Shown: positions 36,501 through 50,961 of the stretch, one piece after another | Layout of the letters: each line of letters begins with the position of its first letter | Position numbering within the stretch: the stretch's first letter is position 1 | DNA from: Diadema antillarum | Taxonomy: Eukaryota | Assembly (NCBI RefSeq): GCF_040938485.1 | Contig: NW_027271018.1 | Coordinates: forward strand, 434,001 to 498,000 | Direction: 5' to 3' | DNA: 64,000 nt | Translations under genes and position numbers: made by a program | The notes under the pieces: generated by a model | What the model was told of the DNA's origin: nothing | Seen by the model: the letters and a program-made list of their open reading frames with translations, nothing else | Databases searched by the model: none

Positions 36501-39500
36501 GTTCAGTCTGATACTTCTTGTAGTTGTTGTTGTTGTTGTTGTTGTTTTCAGTAAAAAAAAAAAGATAGCTGAGGGGATGACTTTCCTTTAATGGTTCCAC
36601 AGAATTTGCTAGAGGCCGGCGCGGCTCCTTTGTGTCGACCAGGCAGGTGTGAGAAGTCTTCGAATGATCTCACTGACACTGTGAAACTGCTAGAGTATTA
36701 TCGCGCAGTCTCGTCCCAAGCCTACTTGGCCCATGCTCACGTTGACCCACTCGGCAACGCGTTCCGGCTGACTCAGGAGCTCAGAGAGGTGGCCCGCGAC
36801 TTGGAAGAGTTCAACGCTGAGCTATTCCGAATGGCCGAAAATGTTGAAAAGTTTGCTGCCTCGCTATTAGACCAAGCGTCATCCCCTACCGAGGTGAGAG
36901 AACATAAACAAACAAACAAGCAAAAACAAACAAACAAACAACAACTATAAGCAATCTTAAGAAATCCAAAATGAAAATGTACGTGATTAAATAGACTCGG
37001 TACGAAGATGATTGCTTTTTCATACGGAAAATAGAAATGAAATGAAGTACTTTTGAGGATGCACGATGTTTTCGCAATTTTAGACGAATAATTCTGGATG
37101 TCTTAACGCCTTGTAAAGTGCACTGCTCACGACGTACTTTCAAGTTTGTCAAACAAGCTCCTGGAAAGAAAAGAAAAAAAAACACAACTAAACCCATCAT
37201 CCGTTTGGTCCTTTGCAGTGTCAATTGGGATGTCCTCATAGGGAACGGGGTGATTGCACTTCTTATGTAGACAACGAGCTACTCCCTCAGGATAAAGCAC
37301 ACAATAGATGTTTTTCCATCTAGGGCTTGCGGCAATATTGTCTGGCCATTTGGGTGACTGTAAAGCACTCATATTATGATTAAAAACAAAAATGGAAATG
37401 GAGTATTTTGACTATAAACCGGTAATTAACCCCTGTAATTACAAGAAAGTACATTACAGAAGAATGTGAATAATACCAGATGGGCTTCTCTGTAGGTTAA
37501 ATCTACAGCGACTCAGTCACGAATGCTTTGCTTATTCAAAAGATGTGTGAAATAATTTGTTTGCCGTATAGTTGAATAGGTCGATAGCGTGTTAAAACTG
37601 TTCATGTATTTCTTTGTGTATTTAATGAGGCCCTAAATATTAAACTCTGCTCATCGGGGATCCTCCTGTATGGTGTACTTTGATTTTTTTTTATCACATC
37701 TCTGCCTTCTCTCACAATGATTTCCTTACCTTTCATGTGCTGAGTCAGCCATGGTTAATGATGAATGAATGTGTATGTGTATGTGTTTCGTTGATTAATT
37801 GTACCATGCAGAAACAACGAACATGTGACGAATGAATGAATGAATGAATGAAAAGATGAGTAGCATTAAATCCGTGAGAATTTAAAAATTTTAAACAAAT
37901 TTAAATTTGTTCATATGTTTGTTTGTTTGTTTGTTATTATCCTTTCAGCCCAAGAGGTAAAATGTTCAAGCTATTCAACTACCGTGCAAATCTTCACCAT
38001 AACCACTTCATATTTCCTACTAGCTAACAATTATTGTAATTCAGCCCTCGTATTTGATTTTCTAACTGCGTTTTTTTTTTCAGATTTATGTCATACTTGT
38101 TATTCAAGTTTCAGTCAATTGTTTTCTTGAAGTTATCTTTTGATTTCGATGTGTTTTTACTGTTCTTGTATATATTTCGTACTTGTTATTCAAATCTCAC
38201 TCAATTGTCTTTCATTAAGTTATATATAATGTGATATAATCTGTTCTGGTGTTGTATTTTTTGAACTTGTTTCTTTTCATCGTAATGTTGCGATTGCATG
38301 CTCAGTATTGATTTTCAATTGTTTTATCTATTCTTTGGATTTGCTTTTGAATTTTTATCATTTACTTATGATCTTAACCTCATGTAAATAAGTATATACA
38401 TTGTATGCAATCCGTATCAGTTAACCCGTTGAGAACGAGTCCCCAGTATACTCGGGCAAGCGTCTATGGGAAATGCGTGTTGTAGCAAAATCAAATCGTC
38501 CTCAACGGGGTAATAATATTTTATTATTTTCGTTTTTCTAACAACTCATGACATCTGAAATTTTGAATCAGCTCTCCAACTTATTCCATATTTCAAAATA
38601 TTTCTTAAAACTTTTTACAAATTGCACTTGTTTTTATCCATTGAATTATTATTCTTTGATTTCGATAAAATCATTATATACCTCACCGTTAGTTTTCCGT
38701 AATTGACATATCACTTGCCACGAATTTGACTTTTCTGAAATTGTCATAGATTCATGTAAGCATTTTACACAAGTCTCCAGTTACTTTTTGTTTCGTTAGT
38801 ACGTATTTTTATCCAAATTTATCAAAGTAATTATTTTACAACAATCTGTTTTTTTCTTTCACTGCATAGATATGTTTGAGGATTTTATTTTCAAACACTC
38901 CATTTTATATCTAAACATATTCTGATTTGGTCATTGTTATATCTAAATGCCTTTAAGACTTTTCTATTATCGGTTGTTCTTTTTTCTCTCCCTCATTTTA
39001 CTGTATGTGTTTCCACCTGCATGTTTGTATAATTCGTTTTGTAGGTGTCCATAATTATTGTACTTATTGTATGTGGACCCCATGGAAGAACAGCGTTGCC
39101 ATGTTGGCAACGCTGAATATGGGCAATCCACCCGTTTTTTATTTTCATACGGAAATAAATACCATACCATACCATACCAGTACACGACAGCAAGCAAATG
39201 TTATGGCGATCTGTTTCCACTCTGAATTTTAATATCTTTCTACCGCCATAGCTTTTTCTCCTTTAATACCTCGAATATCATCTTGTGTGCATGTTCTCTA
39301 TGATCTTGATCGCCATAGCTTCACGCCATTTTCAAGCAGAATGAGAGTTTAACGAGCCATCCACTTCCGCTGATCAGATCGGCAATCGCCTACGAACAGA
39401 AACAGGTAAGTAGCCCGGGTTCTGAGGGTAGGAACAGGTTGCAGTTTGTATAACAATGAATTGGATACAGAGTTAAAGGTCAGTATTCTTCCAAAATTAG

Positions 39501-42500
39501 AATTTCTCTCCATTTTGTCTGCTTGGTATTCTTCCAAAATTAGAATTTCTCTACATTTTGTCTGCTTGGAGCATCTCGGAGCATCTTCTATCTAAGAAAG
39601 ATGTAATGCATTTGTTCTTGACAATAAGGCGTCATAACAACACGTGTGTGAAATAGAGAGACAATCGATACACAAAATGAGTCATCCTTCTGTCTTTTAA
39701 TTGCCGATTTTTTTCTTTTCCAGGGAAGATCGTTTATCGTTTACAAGCAAATTGTGTTGAGCAGACAAAACCCTCCTGATTTGATTTTTAATTAGTCCTC
39801 TCTCGTCCTTTTCTTCTCTTCTCTTTATTCCGTGTCTCAAGTTTGTTGGCCACGCCTACTCTCAAAAGATGTTGTCGCTGACGTACTTTAAATCCATGAG
39901 CGCGGGGACAAGTTTGGTCACCTTTCTGGTTGCACTCACAGTCGTCGTTTTATACCCGTTCATCTGCTCTGCATACGTCATCTACCAGGCGTCCTTTCTT
40001 CAAAAGTTGCTTAAGACACCGTAAAGAACATCTTAATTATAGTGTTTTGGTTTCCACTTTTTGAAAGACTTAACCCAATTAAAAAAAAGAATCGACACTT
40101 CAGCACAAACATATCACAAGCTGTTGTTTTATTCCACTAAGGTACAAACCGTTAATGTTCTATATCATGCAATTCTGAATAGTATATTACAGTACTTACA
40201 ATAAGAACCATCATGCCTTAAATAAGAACGATAGCCAAGATATAGTTTAGTTTGAGAAAAATAACGGAACCATGAGTTAAACATAAGTTGAACTGAAGCG
40301 AAATGTCATTTGCAGATTCTCAAGCTAGAATAAGAAGCCAGTAGAGGCTAAGAAGGTTCATGTTCTCGTTTTCATGGTTACTTCTGGTATTCAGCAAATA
40401 GTCTGGTGTCCTCAACCGAAATTACTATAATGCTCTTTCCCAACAAAAATCGAACTGCATCGTCGATAGATTTTTCTTGATCTTTGGCTCTCCGTGTAAT
40501 TGAGGCTGAATATGATATTGTCACCTCAATCAGACAAAATTAAGGGGTTATCTTTCCAGTGATTGAAACGGATTGATACATGATAATGCATGAAGCCGTC
40601 TTGCTTGATAATCTTACTTTTTTTTTGAAAATTAATGCAGATAAACAAGAGGGTTTTTTGTGATTTTCCTCAAGGTACATCAAGATGCTGATGGCTTTTG
40701 GCTCTCACGTGATGCTACTCATTCTGGTAGCCATGTACCCGGGAGTCCGTGAGAATGGATTTCATTCAGCAAGCGTCTGTTTACAAGTTCTGATCTTACT
40801 CCATGCAACGGGTAATCAAAGACATAATTTCAAACACAAAACACAAGGGAAGTAAGAAATAAATGTAAATATGCAAGAGTAAATAGTAAAGTAAATGTAC
40901 AGTGAAAATAGCTTTATTAAGATCCCGTACCTTTTCCTCGATTAGGATAACACTTCACATAATATTATGGACTGCAAGAACCATCATTTAGATCAAATCT
41001 GTCAGATCTTTAGTAGGCGAGATGCTCCATTTCAAACTGAAGTACGATGAATCATTCATATTTGTTTTACAGGAATGGCTTGGAATCACATTCGAGAGCT
41101 GTACAGCAGCGGTTGCCGGCTATTCAGCAAACAGCACACAAATGTGCTAGAAGTGGTCATGATCATCGTCTGCTACATAGTTGTTGCCTGTGAATGGATT
41201 GGACGAGTGAAGGTAAGAATTTAATATTAGCACTTCATGGATTAAATCATATCAGTGACAGACCAAAGACTATTTTTTTTTCTCAATGGATTCCACTCTA
41301 TATCATTTCCCTCCTTACTCCATAATGTATGAAAACTCATAATGTCCATGTCTGACAAAGTTAAAAAACAAATCAATGGACGTCAGCCAATATTGCACGA
41401 ATGTCTTGCGTTATCCAAAGTACAATGTAATTGTTGGAGAATTGTGCCTAGAAACGCATAGGGTATGGTAGAACGTTGCTCGAAATCATGACGAGCCAGA
41501 AAGAAGATGGTATCAACGTAACGTATATATCAGAGATAGAAACAATCATCTATATTGTAATCGTTCGTTCTAGGTCTTTCTCCTTTCACATAATTATCAC
41601 AAATATACCATTACCATTCTAGTACAACCTTGGAAAGGTACCTACATTCACCCTCCCTTCCCCTTTGAAAAGAAAATAGATGTATTGCAGGGGCGGATCC
41701 AGGAATTCTGTAAAGGGGGGCGGGGGCGTAACTAATAGTTATGATGCCATTTCCGGGTTTCATTTCATTTTTTTCTTTGTATTTCTTTTGTTTTTAACGA
41801 AAAATAAAGGGGGGCGTGCGCCGGTTGCGCCCCCCTCTGGATTCGCCACTGCTATGTATCATTTGATTTACTTGCAAGAGATAAAGCAAAACAACATGAA
41901 CGACATTTGTCACTGTCTAACTTTGTCATCCACAGCACACGGCCGTTTCATCAGCACATACGGCGTTACACAGTTTGCACTGGCAAGATCCGACAGTGAT
42001 CTCGAATACCTTATCGGGTGAGGTGTAGGTTCCATGATCTCGGTTCTTGTGATCACACTGTTGATGGTGACAATTGACGGATGATATCGTAGGTTACATC
42101 GCTATGTTTAAATTGCTGTATTTGAAAGACTTTTTGATACTGGAAATAAAGTTTGATTCAACTGAAATTAATAGAACTATGTCTTGATGTAATAGCTTAT
42201 GATAACAAAGAGTTTAAAATTCAAGCAAATACACATGTACCCAAATTTCAAGGACAGATTGATAAAATCTACACGTTTTTAAATGATAATTTTCCTTTTT
42301 TTTTCGTATAGTGTATACATACATACATACATACATACATACATAATATTTTGTATATCCTACATACATTATTTCTCGCAGGCGTCCTAGTAATCCTCTG
42401 CATACTGCGTGCTTTTCATACGATCCTGACGAGTTATCACGCCATCTACGTTATTTGGAAGTCAACTATTGGCGCCGTGAGAGTATTGGAAAGGTTTTCC

Positions 42501-44584
42501 ATCATACTGGGATGTGTACTTCTGTCGGTGGCAACAGGAATGACTTTCCTACATCAGTCAGAAGTGAGTTCCAAGAAAAAATTATCATACAACATCAGTT
42601 GCTCAACATGTACTGCAAGGAGATTGAATTTCAGTAATGTTTTCTTTCGCCAGAATAGTTAGTTTCATCATTAGAAAATTCAGAGATACCTGACTAATGG
42701 CTTTGATAATATTGTACTTCCTACAAAACACACACACACACACACACGCAAACACACACACAGACACAGACACATCCACAAATAAAAAAAAACTGATCAT
42801 GAGTGACAACATGCCAAAAGACATACATACGCTATTCTTTTATTAGAATACGCTGAATATTCTATGAGTGTTTTAATCTTTTGCTTTTTCTGTAAACTAG
42901 TCCATGCTTTACATAATGTTAGCGTCCGAATACGACAAACTTGCTGCTCTCCACTGAACGAGTGAGTTGTTGTGTCCATTAGGGTGACATGCACAATATC
43001 GACGCAAACTGCAGGGAAAGTGGTCACAATGACATCATCATAAAAGTGAAGTGGAGTTAAAGTCAAATGGCATTGGCATTTAAGTATCGATATTATGCCC
43101 ATCACTGAACACTCTCCATGTAAATTCGTTTTCCCTCATCAATGCAGCATGGAACTCGATCCGAACTTTGTGGCCAGGACGCTCAATACGAACGATGTTC
43201 GCAGGCGCACAGCCAATTTCACACGTAAGAAACGCGGCAAATCATGTCACAGCCAACTTTTACGACTCTAAGAAGACAAAAAAAGAAAAGAAAAGAAAGA
43301 GTAGTCAAGGCTGCTATGCTTCTCTTAAGTATTCTAAGATTACAACGTAGTCAAGGCTGCTATGCTTCTCTTAACTATTTTAAGATTACAACGTATCTGT
43401 AAGATGTTCATGACATACCCACTATGAAGCTTCATAACATTGATGTAAAGAAAGGTATTGTGTCCTATCTAGTAACAAGCACTTGCTAGAAATGATCTAT
43501 TGACTGAGATTGATTGAAGAAATTTTGAACGTACATATAAAGATACGAACTTTAGAAATAAAGATAGACATAAATTGTACGAAAAAGAATCACAGAAGCT
43601 AATTTCAAGGCACGAAACGCAAAGAATAACAGAACAAATGGAAATACATAAACAGTAGATAAATACATTTAACTGCAACATTGTAATCACCTTTCGTAGT
43701 TGTACAGTTGCATCTCCAACATGAATGAACATTATTTCTGTCTACTTTTTAACACGACAACGTCATCAGTGTCCCGAGCTCAATCCTAACTTTGTACTGG
43801 AAGCTGTTCGCGAACCCAAGCCGCACGGTGTTCTTCTACGACATAGACTCGGACAACATGGTGCTCACCTACACCTACGTCTACTCTCTTTTCTTCGGTC
43901 TCTTCTTTGTCTTGGGGGTCATCGTACTCTTAAATCTCTTCATCGCCCTCATGTCAAGTCAGCTCACTGAGGTCCAGGTATCTACTTCTACTGTTCAAAG
44001 TTCACATTTGTTTTCATTTTCGTCAGATAAACAGAGAAAAGTATATACAATGTACAGTGTAAGCTGAACATATTTGTAATAACTGCAAAAACGTAAATCG
44101 ACAAAACACGTGTGATAATGAGTTACGAAATGAAGAAAACATAATTGTATTTCTTTTCAATACACACATATGTGCAGAGTGCAAACTAAATAAGGATGGG
44201 AATGGAAATGGAGGGTCCATTTAAAAAGCAAAATTTGTATGATATGGGACCCTCAGAAAATGCATAAGAGAACGAATAATGAAGTAATGAAACTACAAAC
44301 AGGTATAAAACAAAATCAAAGGAATCAATGCCAACTGACATGAGAGCAAATCAGGAAGGAAAAAAAAAGATGTTGCCCTCCCCCCCCCCCTTCTTACAAC
44401 GTCAACGTTTTCCCTAAATAACCCATATAAAGGTTCGAAATTGTTGGTACGTATACTTCTTTCCTTTCCCTTTCTCTTTCAACAACCTTCCTTCGTATCA
44501 ATCACTTTCAGAGCTCATCTCATCTCTTTTATCTCTTTTCTCTCTTTCAATTTCGTACCCTCTCTTTTTTTCTATAATCATCTA

Positions 44585-44633
<49 letters not shown>

Positions 44634-47600
44634 TTGAAGGTTCAGTGATCAGATATACCATTCCTTTGCACTTACTTCCACTTTCTGACACTTTCAAAGC
44701 AAATCTAAAATGCTTTGCGTGGCGCATTTGTACTGATTTATTTTCGCAGTAGTTTTAAAATTGCTCGCGAGAATGAAAATAAAGGAAAAGAGATAATAGC
44801 AAATTAAACTAATACAAAATGAATGCCTAAACATTAACGAAAGAATCAGAAATGCATTTTCTAGAATGAAAAGTTCCCAAAAAATCCCCCCAGATATGAC
44901 AATAACGCGAAGTGGTGACACAGCGTGCAAAAGACATCCACATTTTTCGCTGTCATATAATCGAGATTACATTAGACAGTTAGAGTGCAAGCAGCTTCTT
45001 CCAACTAAAGTGGTCGCAATCGTTACTACGGGTAATATATCCAAATTTAAAACGTTTAGTGCAATTCGGCTTTATTTATCGTGATGCGTGGAACTGCATT
45101 ATGAGAATTTTCATGGACGTTTTGCCTTTCCATTTGTCGCATTTCTCGATGAAATAATGGCAGTTGGAATGGCATGAATGCCTCTCATATTTGGTAGGAA
45201 ATGTATCAACAATTTATTTCCCGCGGGTCATAGCTCCCCAGACAATAAGCGCTGTTTCTACCAACCCCGCTTAAGAGGTGCAAATCTTGACACCTATACG
45301 CTGTTAGTAGCGTGCAATTAACGTGGGCTGTATAGAACACCCATGCGTCAGAAATTATCACCGGCAATCTTCTGCATCATTAGACACTGCAGAGCAAATG
45401 GCATGTTAATGAGTCTATTAGGTGGTTTTCCAAACCATTAATTTTGACAAACGAGACGCTTTATATCATTCTCTGTGTGTCTCTTTATTTCGGATATTGT
45501 GATTACGTCAAAAGGAGAAATACAAAAACGTACGCTTTATACTTTGCATTGTATTTCTTTGTGTAGGACAAGACGAGATGCAAATGAAAATAATGCAAAG
45601 TTAAAATTTGTGAAGGATATGAACACAATTATCTTGTGTAAAGGCCTTTCATTATCGTTTTTTTATTATCATTATTATTATCGTTTTCATTATCATTATT
45701 TTTGTTATTATTACTATTATCATTATCATCATTATCATTATTGTCATTATTATCATCACACTTACTACTACTATTGTCTTGCTATCATGCCATTATCATT
45801 ATATCATTCTTACTGTCACTATCCTCCTCATCCGCCTCATCATCATCATTATCATCATCATTATCATCATTATTATCATTTTATCTACACGGCAGAAAAA
45901 TAGTGACACTGAATGGAAGTTTGGCCGAGCACAGCATTGGCTCCACTTCATGAAGCCATCAGGGGTAGCTCTCCCACCGCCATTCAATCTGCTCCCTACA
46001 TCCGGCTGGTTGCTAGGCTCGGCCAAGCGGTGCTTCAAATACCGAAATGCCACGAGAAGAGACGAGGTATACACTGTAAATTACGTCGACATCGACACAG
46101 ACATCACCAGACATAAATGTTGTCCATTTACAGTAGTATGTGACTAAAAATACTACATAAAGAAGGCAGAAAGGAAGCGGTGCAATAAAAAACAAAACAA
46201 AAAACAGATAGGACGTTGAGACAGAACGAGAATAAGAATGAGAGAAAAAAAGAACAAATTATGCTAATAATTATAAAACAAAAGTGAAGAAGATGGAGAA
46301 ATAAGAGAAAGGTGAGGAGAAAGTAAGTTAAGTCGATGTTGCTAAAAATCACTCGAAAGATATGGATATTGAATAGTAATATTACGTCCTATTACGTTCA
46401 TTAACAAATCAATTAACCACCATATTTCTTTAGCATTAATTATTCTCAGATTTAAACTTTCATAGATTGACCACTACATGTATGTTCCATGTGTTTGCAA
46501 TATTCTATTATGCTTCCTAGGTGGATATCATGTATCATTTCATTTTGTTATATTTGATGCATTTTTTCACCGAGAAATATTAAAAAAGATTGAACTTGAA
46601 GTTGGAATTGAAATTAAAAGCAACGAATTGCAACGATATGTGAGGTCAGCAGTTTGGTTAAATCGTGTCTCCGACCCGTTTGTTTCTCTAACTCGAAAGT
46701 TCAAGGGTTCACTCGTAATGTCAAACATGATGTAATGCAGACGACGCATTGGTCTATTGACGATCATTGCTATGTAAGAACATAGCTGGCATATTTCTAT
46801 TTTTTCTCCTCTCAAGATGGAGATGACCTCCACGCGCCATGTGACAGCCGCAAAGGTAATTAAACATAACACTTTGTTTTCTTCTTCCCCCCCCCCTCAC
46901 AACATGTGAAGAATGATTTGATAAAGCTCTATGTAGCTGCACAATAACTGTCAATTAGGGACCGATTCGCAGAGTCAAATCGTAAACGTGAGACTTTCGG
47001 TACATACCAAAGCGTGCCTCCGTGTCATTCAGTTATAAGACTTCAAATGCTAATGGTGTTTTTCAGCCTGACCTTCGAAGGACAAGATGTATGTGCTGGG
47101 CTCTGAGGTACATTGATGATAGCTCAAAACTCGTAGGCAACTTCGATTCCATTGCAAAGACTGTGGGTCTGTTCTTGGACGGGTGTTATCTCTGTAGACA
47201 CTGGTGTTAAAAATACCAGGTAATACCTGGGTACTCATATAGGGAATTCTGAAAGAGAATTGATAGCACTGTTATATCCTGGCCAAAGATATACCATGAT
47301 AATTATCATCAGCATCAACATTTCTTTACAGGAAAAAAAAAACCCCAAAACAAAGTTAAGTGGGAAGGACCCCTATCTAGCTGTCGTTTCTTCCCTCTCC
47401 CCCATTAAACCCATCAATGATCTCAGACCTATTCCAAATAATGAAGGCAACTGCACGGAGATTTTGCCTGTGGCCATTACTTCATACATCTCTATTCAAC
47501 CATAAATGCATGTCTTTATAGGGAAATACATCACCATACTGTTTGTGTCGTGCTTTATTGGTCATGAAGATCAATTATTCCAGTTCTTGACGGCATACTA

Positions 47601-48992
47601 TGGCGAGAAGAGTGGCACAGTTCGGAGACGAAAATTAATCGGTCGATTTAATTTCTGACTCATTTATCAATGGTATAACGGGACAGTAACAGTAAGAATA
47701 AGGGATCAAAATAAGCCCATGTACAGAGGGAAACAAAATACAATTTGTAATAAACTCTCTAGGACAGAGGGAAAACAAAATATAGTTTGTAATAAACTCT
47801 TTCTGACTCCAACCTAATGTGAATCTGTCTTATTGCAGACGATCACCCTGACGTTGCTTGATCGATTCAATGAAAAGAGGCGCCATCCTCTGACGGAAGA
47901 CTTTGCAAGTTTGAAGCAACAGTTCATTTCTTTGAGGTAAGAGAAAGTAAACAAACAAACGTGAAAACCGTTGGCAATGGTTGAAGAAGATCATCTGATT
48001 TAGCAGTTATCATGGATACTTTTATCTATTCAGTCCTATCTCTCTTCATTTATCATGACTCCATCTGTCTATTCATCTGTCTGTCATACTGTCTGTATAT
48101 CATGTTCATATGGATGCTAGTGTTTGTGTTGTGTGTGTATACTGTGTGGAATTAGAAATATCTGACTTTACGCGCAGATAAAAATTTCTCTATACAGTAC
48201 TCGACTTTTTTAAAATCAATATGAGTGGGGTGGTTTTTTCTTATCAATGAACCCCGTTGTTGTTTTTAATAAGCACAGCTCCTTTTGATCTTGTTGATTA
48301 TTGCCAAGTTAGTGCTGTTCTGCAGATGCCTTTCTCACACACGTGCATAGTATTATTCGATTTGAATTAAGTTTGTTGTTCTGTCAAACTCCTCGGTACC
48401 ATCACTTAGAAAAAGAATGCATTCAAATCCAAGGTTATGTCAGTGTAAACCATTCGCATCCATTATGTAAAGCGATATGATATAACATATTGGAATCAAT
48501 AAAACTCGCAAGCGTTCGAATGCTCAAAGCTTAATGGGAGACTATCGGAACCTTGAATGTGCCGAAGAAAATGCTCAATATGCAATGAGTGATGTGCCTT
48601 TCTTTATTTCTACATGTTTACCCTCCCGAAGACGCCTGACACAGCAGAACGTGCGTTGCATTGAGCACATGGTTGCTGCCTTGCAGGACACCGTCGACGC
48701 TCTCGCATCTCGGGTGACGAAACTCGACGACATCGATTCCAGACTGGACAATGTCGACGGTGCTCGGCTGCGAATTCAGGAAGACGACATGGAAGTCATG
48801 ACGGACGACGTCGAGCAACTGAGGAAGGCCGCGTCACGAGCAATGGCGGAGGCGCAGAAGACGGACCTCGTGCTACTGATGGCAAGCATGTACAGCGAGG
48901 GGAGGACGGTGCTGGACGACGAAGAAGTTCGGAGCAATCTAGAATCATACCGGCAAGACTTTAACTCTTACGCTGCCAATCTCTACGCGTAG
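33539..48992 (+). CDS. Divergent TRPC-like cation channel, paralog 2, about 830 aa
   Basis: Phase-consistent exons: 33539-33746, 34668-34795, 36033-36137 (NAGNAG, could start at 36030), 36603-36893, 39319-39405, 39842-40020, 40675-40811, 41073-41212, 41936-42017, 42382-42563, 43148-43224, 43770-43977, 45896-46066, 46817-46855, 47839-47936, 48632-48992; total 2493 nt. Motifs: LAAMKNNF, YYRAVSSQAYL..FAASLLD, AIAYEQKQFVGHAYSQ, WQDPTVISNTL, LYW pore helix, VIVLLNLFIALM, EWKFGR, LPPPFNLLP. Intron positions and phases match paralog 1. Confidence 0.9.
38421..38513. mobile_element. Short piggyBac-like MITE (TTAA/CCC termini)
   Basis: TTAAcccgttgagaacg ... cgtcctcaacggg(g)taa. The right TTAA carries one mismatch. 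Confidence 0.7.
39484..39569. repeat. Local 43-bp tandem duplication (similar 46-bp duplication at 43301-43392)
   Basis: tattcttccaaaattagaatttctct(c/a)cattttgtctgcttgg x2; gtagtcaaggctgctatgcttctcttaa..taagattacaac x2. Confidence 0.9.
41688..41851. mobile_element. MITE, same family as 3920-4075
   Basis: caggggcggatccagg ... ctggattcgccactg. Confidence 0.75.
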
Positions 48993-49628
48993 GAGGGTCG
49001 AGAGGACAGATTTCTTGAGATGGGGTAGGATGAATGAGGGCAAACAGCAACAATTTATGTTGAAATCGGATTCAAGTGTTCCAAGCATACGAATACCAAT
49101 AAAACCAGCAAGTTATTACGATTTCAATCGAGGGGTCACCTACACTTTATATTGTCTCGAAATGGGTATTTGTGTGATTGATTTACATAGGAATATGTAA
49201 TTGAAGAGGACGTTTCGGAAGACCTCGTACAGGGAACTGCAAATAAAACTTTTACGTTTTAACCTTCTTGTGCCCTAATCGCGTCCCTGTGGCAGTCATC
49301 TTCAAGCACTGTCAAGTCACCTCAGGACATGGCCTTACACAAGGATCTAAGGTGAAGCTTCATGGTGAACCACACCACTCTTACCATGGAATAATATCCA
49401 ATCAACACGCGTAATGAACTCTTCTTTCACATGAATACACTTCTATAGTATAGAGTATATAGTCTAGAGTGCAGTCTATGCTTACACAAATATAATTTTT
49501 CATCGATCTTTGCCATCGTGGCAATTGAGCTTAAATTGACTTCAGTGATACGTACGACTTACATCATTCTTCAGGTCTACAAGGGTTTCGTTTGGTGTTT
49601 TTTTTTCTTCAAACTGCATGTATCATCT

Positions 49629-49660
<32 letters not shown>

Positions 49661-49873
49661 TATTTTCTGTACAACATTCTATATTATCATGTCAATAAAC
49701 AATGTAACACGGGAAGCCTCGGCTGTCACCTGAAATAAACAGGAGACCAAAGGCACAGACAATAATGAGCTATAGTCGTTTACAAATCATCACCAGGTAA
49801 AGAGGAAAGATATGATCAAAGGAAGTGGACGTGGAAAAGGAGGGACAGGAAGAAGTATGAGAGGAAGAAAAGA

Positions 49874-49924
<51 letters not shown>

Positions 49925-49935
49925 TATATATATAT

Positions 49936-50961
49936 ATAACAACAGCTTCCATCCTAATCATATTAAGAGGTCAATTGTGTACAGTCAAATGCTCCGCTAC
50001 AGACGAATCATTTCTGATCACAAGGAATTTCTGGATGCGTCTTTGAAGCTGGGGCAAAAATTCGTTGCAGCGGGGTACCCGTTAGACATTGTGCAAGCAG
50101 GTAGGGACCGCGCGATAGCAAAAAGACGCTCATCCTTACTACATCATGATAATCTGAAACCCAAAGACTCACACACACGCAAAGTCTTTGTAACAACATA
50201 TCATCCCACATCACAACAGTTCATGAAGGAAGTGAGGAAAGAATGGCCTACTCTCAAACAAGTCCAATCGGTAGCTCCCGAGTTAACAGCACGTCCCTTA
50301 CATGCACAACGACAGCCACGCAACCTGAAGAGTTTGCTTACACGATCTCGAGTCAACAGAACAATCAATCCTACTTGAAATCATAAATGTGGAAACAAAC
50401 GATGTCAAATATGCGCTCACCTAATCACAGATACAGATATCACACTTGGCTCCGGCCACACCCTCCATCCGACGTCAGGGGACTGCAACAGCAAGAATGT
50501 AGTATACAGCCTTACATGCAAGCAATGTCCCCTGGCTGTCTACATCGGAGAAACAACAAATTTTAGACAACGTTTCAACAATCACAAAAGCACAATCATT
50601 AGAAGTCAAACACAACATCCAGTCGCACAACACTTCAACAAAACAAATCACACACTAACAGATCTGCAATGTTGCATTTTATACAAGGACATGGAAGCAT
50701 TTGAAGAAAGACACGTGAAAGAACTAAAAACAATCATCCGCACACGAAGCTTCCAGGGACAGGGCATGAACATAGATCTATCATGGCTCACGAACTACAC
50801 TTTTTACAAGTAGGTGCGCCTCTTATTGTTGTATGTTCTCCCGTTTACCCCGCTGCAATAGATCTTATCATTATATTGCTTGAGTGATATAATGCTGACG
50901 CTCCTTTTAACCATTTCTTGGAACCAGTCTTTTTTCCACTCCGAGACGTATTGTGACGTAT
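49936..50961 (+). mobile_element. Penelope-like retroelement (Neptune-type) 3' fragment: RT thumb, linker and GIY-YIG endonuclease, one in-frame stop
   Basis: NSFHPNHIKRSIVYSQMLRYRRIIS...GYP...VTTYHP...RQPRNLKSLL..NPT*NHKCGNKRCQICAH...CNSKNVVYSLTCKQCPLAVYIGETTNFRQRFNNHKS..HPVAQHFN, ending TAG at 50811-50813. There is a single TGA at 50376-50378, and the 5' end abuts (TA)n. Confidence 0.9.

Noticed and set aside
45475-45953. His/Tyr-rich and Ile/Leu/Ser-rich ORFs (also 1363-1665)
   Set aside because: Translations of (CAT/TAT/GAT)n microsatellites in introns.
47067-47114. Alternative candidate for the small penultimate-region exon of TRP paralog 2
   Set aside because: The available donors give the wrong phase. 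46817-46855 gives phase 0-0 with better splice sites.
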